NCBI GenBank assembly: GCA_035285125.1
Contig: JAYKHR010000098.1
Coordinates: forward strand, 1-25,786
DNA: 25,786 bases
Source: Candidatus Sericytochromatia bacterium
GTDB taxonomy: Bacteria > Cyanobacteriota > Sericytochromatia > S15B-MN24 > JAQBPE01
Reading direction: 5' to 3'
The notes under the pieces were generated by a model. That model saw nothing but the letters and a program-made list of their open reading frames with translations, searched no databases and was not told where the DNA came from. A program made the translations under genes and the position numbers. The stretch's first letter is position 1, and every line of letters starts with the position of its first letter. Below are positions 23,469 to 25,786 of this stretch, piece after piece.

Positions 23469-25786
23469 TCACGGGTTTGTGAGGAGCTTCACCTGGCCCG
23501 CGCCGAGGTCGACGAGGGCCAGCTGGCCCTCCGGGCTGAGCGCCAGGGCAATCGGGTTGCGGATGTCCTCGGTGCCCGGGGGGCCGCCCAGGCCCGCCAG
23601 CGTGTGCGCCGTGCCGTCCGGTGCCAGGCGGCGCACGCGGCCGTCGAGCTGGGCGAGCTGCGTGAGGTCGAGGGGCAGCGCGGCGAGGTGCAGCAGCTCC
23701 TTGAAGAGCCCCAGGCCGCGCGTGCCCGCCTCCGCCACGTACACGTTGCCCTTTGCATCCGCCGCCAGGCCTATTGGGCTCAGCAGCACGGCGTCCTGGC
23801 CTGGCATGTCCCCCTCTGCCCGGGCGCGGGCCTCCGCGTCGGGTTCTGCCAGGAAGACCAGCGTGTCGCCCTGTCCTCGCCCGGCCAGCCGGTGGAGGGT
23901 GCCGTCCGGCTCCACCCGCCAGACCAGGCCGTGGTCCACCTCGCTGAAGCACAGCCGCCCGGCCGCATCGTAGGCCAGCCCCGTGACGAAGCCCAGCCCC
24001 ACGGCGCTGGCCGGCTGCCCCTCGCGGTCCGAGGGTTGGGAGAGCACCAGCGCCTTGGCGTCGCCCAGGGGCACCCCCGCCAGCTTGGTCAGCGCCCCGT
24101 CCGGCTCGACGCGCCAGACGCAGCCGGTCTTCGTGCCGGCGAGTGTGGCGGCGAACACGGGGCGGCCGGCCGCGTCCGTCGTCAGGGCCGTGAGGTCGGT
24201 CCAGTTGGCGTCTGTCGCCCGCAGCGGGAGCGCGCTGGGGCTGTGAAGGTTTCGGCTACCCCCGGCCACCGTGCGGAGGGTGAGGGTGCCGGGCACGGCC
24301 CCGGGGAGCAGCGCCCGCACCAGGTGGTCCCTGTTCTCGACGAGCAGCAGGCCCCCCGTGCCGCGCGCCACCAGCAGTGGCCCGGTGAGGCGGTCCGCGA
24401 TGGCGCCGTCGGCCGCGAAGCCGCCGAGGCCCCCGGCGATGCGCCTGAGCCTGCCGGCCTGGAGCTGGCGCACGGTGTTGCTGCCCACCTCCGTGACGAC
24501 CAGGTGCCCGGTCGCGTCGTAGCAGATGCCGGCAGGCAGGTCCAGCACGGCGTCCGCCGCCACCACATCCTTGTCCTCGCGGCGCCCGGCGACCGTCTCG
24601 AGGAGGCCCGTGGCCGGGTCGTACGAGCGGATGACGCCGTTGCCGTAGTCCGCGACCAGCACCCGCCCCCGCCCGTCTCGCGCCAGGCCGGCGGGGCGGC
24701 TCAAGCGCGCCTGCAGCCGCGCCACCGGACCCTCGTCGTAGCCCAGTTCGCCGCTGCCCAGGAAGGGCTCGGGGGCCGTGGCGCCTGGCGCGACGCGCTT
24801 CACGCCCTGCCACAACGTGCCCGCGTCCTCGCGCGAGAGGGAGACGAGCACGCTGTTGTCCGGCATCGCGAGCATGTTCGTGAAGCGGATGTCCACGTTG
24901 AACAGCCTGGCTGCGAGGGTGGGCACCATGGTGCCCCCCGGCGCCCGGCGGAAGAGCACGCCCCCGTTCTCCAGCAGCCACAGGGCCCCGTCCTCCGTGG
25001 CGGCCAGCGCCACGCCGTGGGCAGCGCGTTCCTCGAGGGCTGTCAGGGTGCCCTTGGCGTCCGTGGTGACCAGGTGGTCCACCGTGTTGTTGATCGCCCT
25101 GATCGTCGCGATGAAGTGCACCTGCCCGTCAGCCGCCACCGCGACGGCCTTGACCTCGTCGAACTTGCAGCTGGTGGCGGCGAGGCCCAGCCTGGGCACC
25201 TCCTCGCCGCCCCCGGCCCAGCGCTCGGGGCGCGGGTCGCCTGCGCGGAACCGGAAGACCCCCCGGCCCGCGAGCGAGCTCGCGTAGATCCAGCCGCTGG
25301 GCCCTGCCACGAGCTTGTCGAAGGGCGGCACTGTCAGGGCCTGGTCCTTGCAGGGGCCCAGCACGTAGTACATGCGGCCATCCCGGGGGTCCAACCGGCC
25401 GACGCCGGCCGACATGTGGCTGGCGACGAAGAGGTCGCCCGTGGAGCCCACGGTGATGCCGATGGGCAGCCGCAGGGCGACCTCGCGGGCCAGCCTGCCG
25501 TCCTCGCAGCCGGCCACACCCGCGAGGGTCATGAGGCGCCGGACCTCCTGCAGGGCGGCGGCGAGGGCCTGGTTTTGCTCGCCGGCGGCGTTGGCGGCTG
25601 CCGCAAGCCTGTCGGGTCGCCAGGCCGCGCCCGCGAGGGCCTCGGCCGAGAGGACGGCCCGGGCGGCCTCGTCGGCCTGCCTGGCGGCCTCTGGCGTGAG
25701 GCGGTCGAGGGCGGCGGCGGGGTCTGGCTGGCTGGCGAGGACCTGGGTCTCGACCCAGCCTGCGAGGAGGGTGGCGGTGGGGGTGA
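23469..25786 (-). CDS. NHL-repeat beta-propeller protein, paralog P5, 5'-truncated by the window edge (type-B trunk)
   Basis: The frame stays open from the internal Met at 25532 to the window end (first full codon at 25784) and encodes the P3-like trunk. NHL blades (ARLSRPAGLARDGRGRVLVADYGNGVIR); ends RNPIALALSPEG..QVK. Confidence 0.87.
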   Translation of the reverse strand, partial: TPTATLLAGWVETQVLASQPDPAAALDRLTPEAARQADEAARAVLSAEALAGAAWRPDRLAAAANAAGEQNQALAAALQEVRRLMTLAGVAGCEDGRLAREVALRLPIGITVGSTGDLFVASHMSAGVGRLDPRDGRMYYVLGPCKDQALTVPPFDKLVAGPSGWIYASSLAGRGVFRFRAGDPRPERWAGGGEEVPRLGLAATSCKFDEVKAVAVAADGQVHFIATIRAINNTVDHLVTTDAKGTLTALEERAAHGVALAATEDGALWLLENGGVLFRRAPGGTMVPTLAARLFNVDIRFTNMLAMPDNSVLVSLSREDAGTLWQGVKRVAPGATAPEPFLGSGELGYDEGPVARLQARLSRPAGLARDGRGRVLVADYGNGVIRSYDPATGLLETVAGRREDKDVVAADAVLDLPAGICYDATGHLVVTEVGSNTVRQLQAGRLRRIAGGLGGFAADGAIADRLTGPLLVARGTGGLLLVENRDHLVRALLPGAVPGTLTLRTVAGGSRNLHSPSALPLRATDANWTDLTALTTDAAGRPVFAATLAGTKTGCVWRVEPDGALTKLAGVPLGDAKALVLSQPSDREGQPASAVGLGFVTGLAYDAAGRLCFSEVDHGLVWRVEPDGTLHRLAGRGQGDTLVFLAEPDAEARARAEGDMPGQDAVLLSPIGLAADAKGNVYVAEAGTRGLGLFKELLHLAALPLDLTQLAQLDGRVRRLAPDGTAHTLAGLGGPPGTEDIRNPIALALSPEGQLALVDLGAGQVKLLTNP
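25514..25786. repeat. Copy 2 of the direct repeat (trunk-coding segment of P5); runs to the window edge
   Basis: About 96% identical to 19056-19328 by hand alignment. Confidence 0.93.

Noticed and set aside
25530..25532. ATG at 25532 as the start of P5
   Set aside because: It is the internal Met of the conserved MTLAGV junction; the frame is open and homologous to P3 up to the window edge.

Overview
Very GC-rich bacterial window with no RNA genes, CRISPR array, integrase or transposase that I can see. Housekeeping content: trehalose synthase treS (+), a pncB-nadE-pncA NAD salvage operon (-), a small two-EF-hand protein (-), and a divergent SugE/Gdx-type SMR transporter (+). Most of the rest is a minus-strand set of exported-protein genes. 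Five paralogous ~950-1070 aa proteins (one 5'-truncated by the window edge) share the layout lipoprotein signal / in-register octapeptide repeats / 'trunk' / NHL beta-propeller 'head'. Downstream of four of them is a tight five-gene unit: RCC1-repeat lipoprotein, Tat-signal NHL protein and three miniature phage tail-collar proteins. Main observations: (1) trunks and heads appear shuffled at a fixed 'VRRxMxLAGV' junction, including a 273-bp ~96%-identical duplication that stops there; (2) the signal-less, internally shortened tail-collar triplet sits behind a Tat substrate with no other phage genes; (3) a GGGTAY-like motif recurs upstream of the surface-protein genes. All assignments come from motif recognition and hand alignment; no searches were run.
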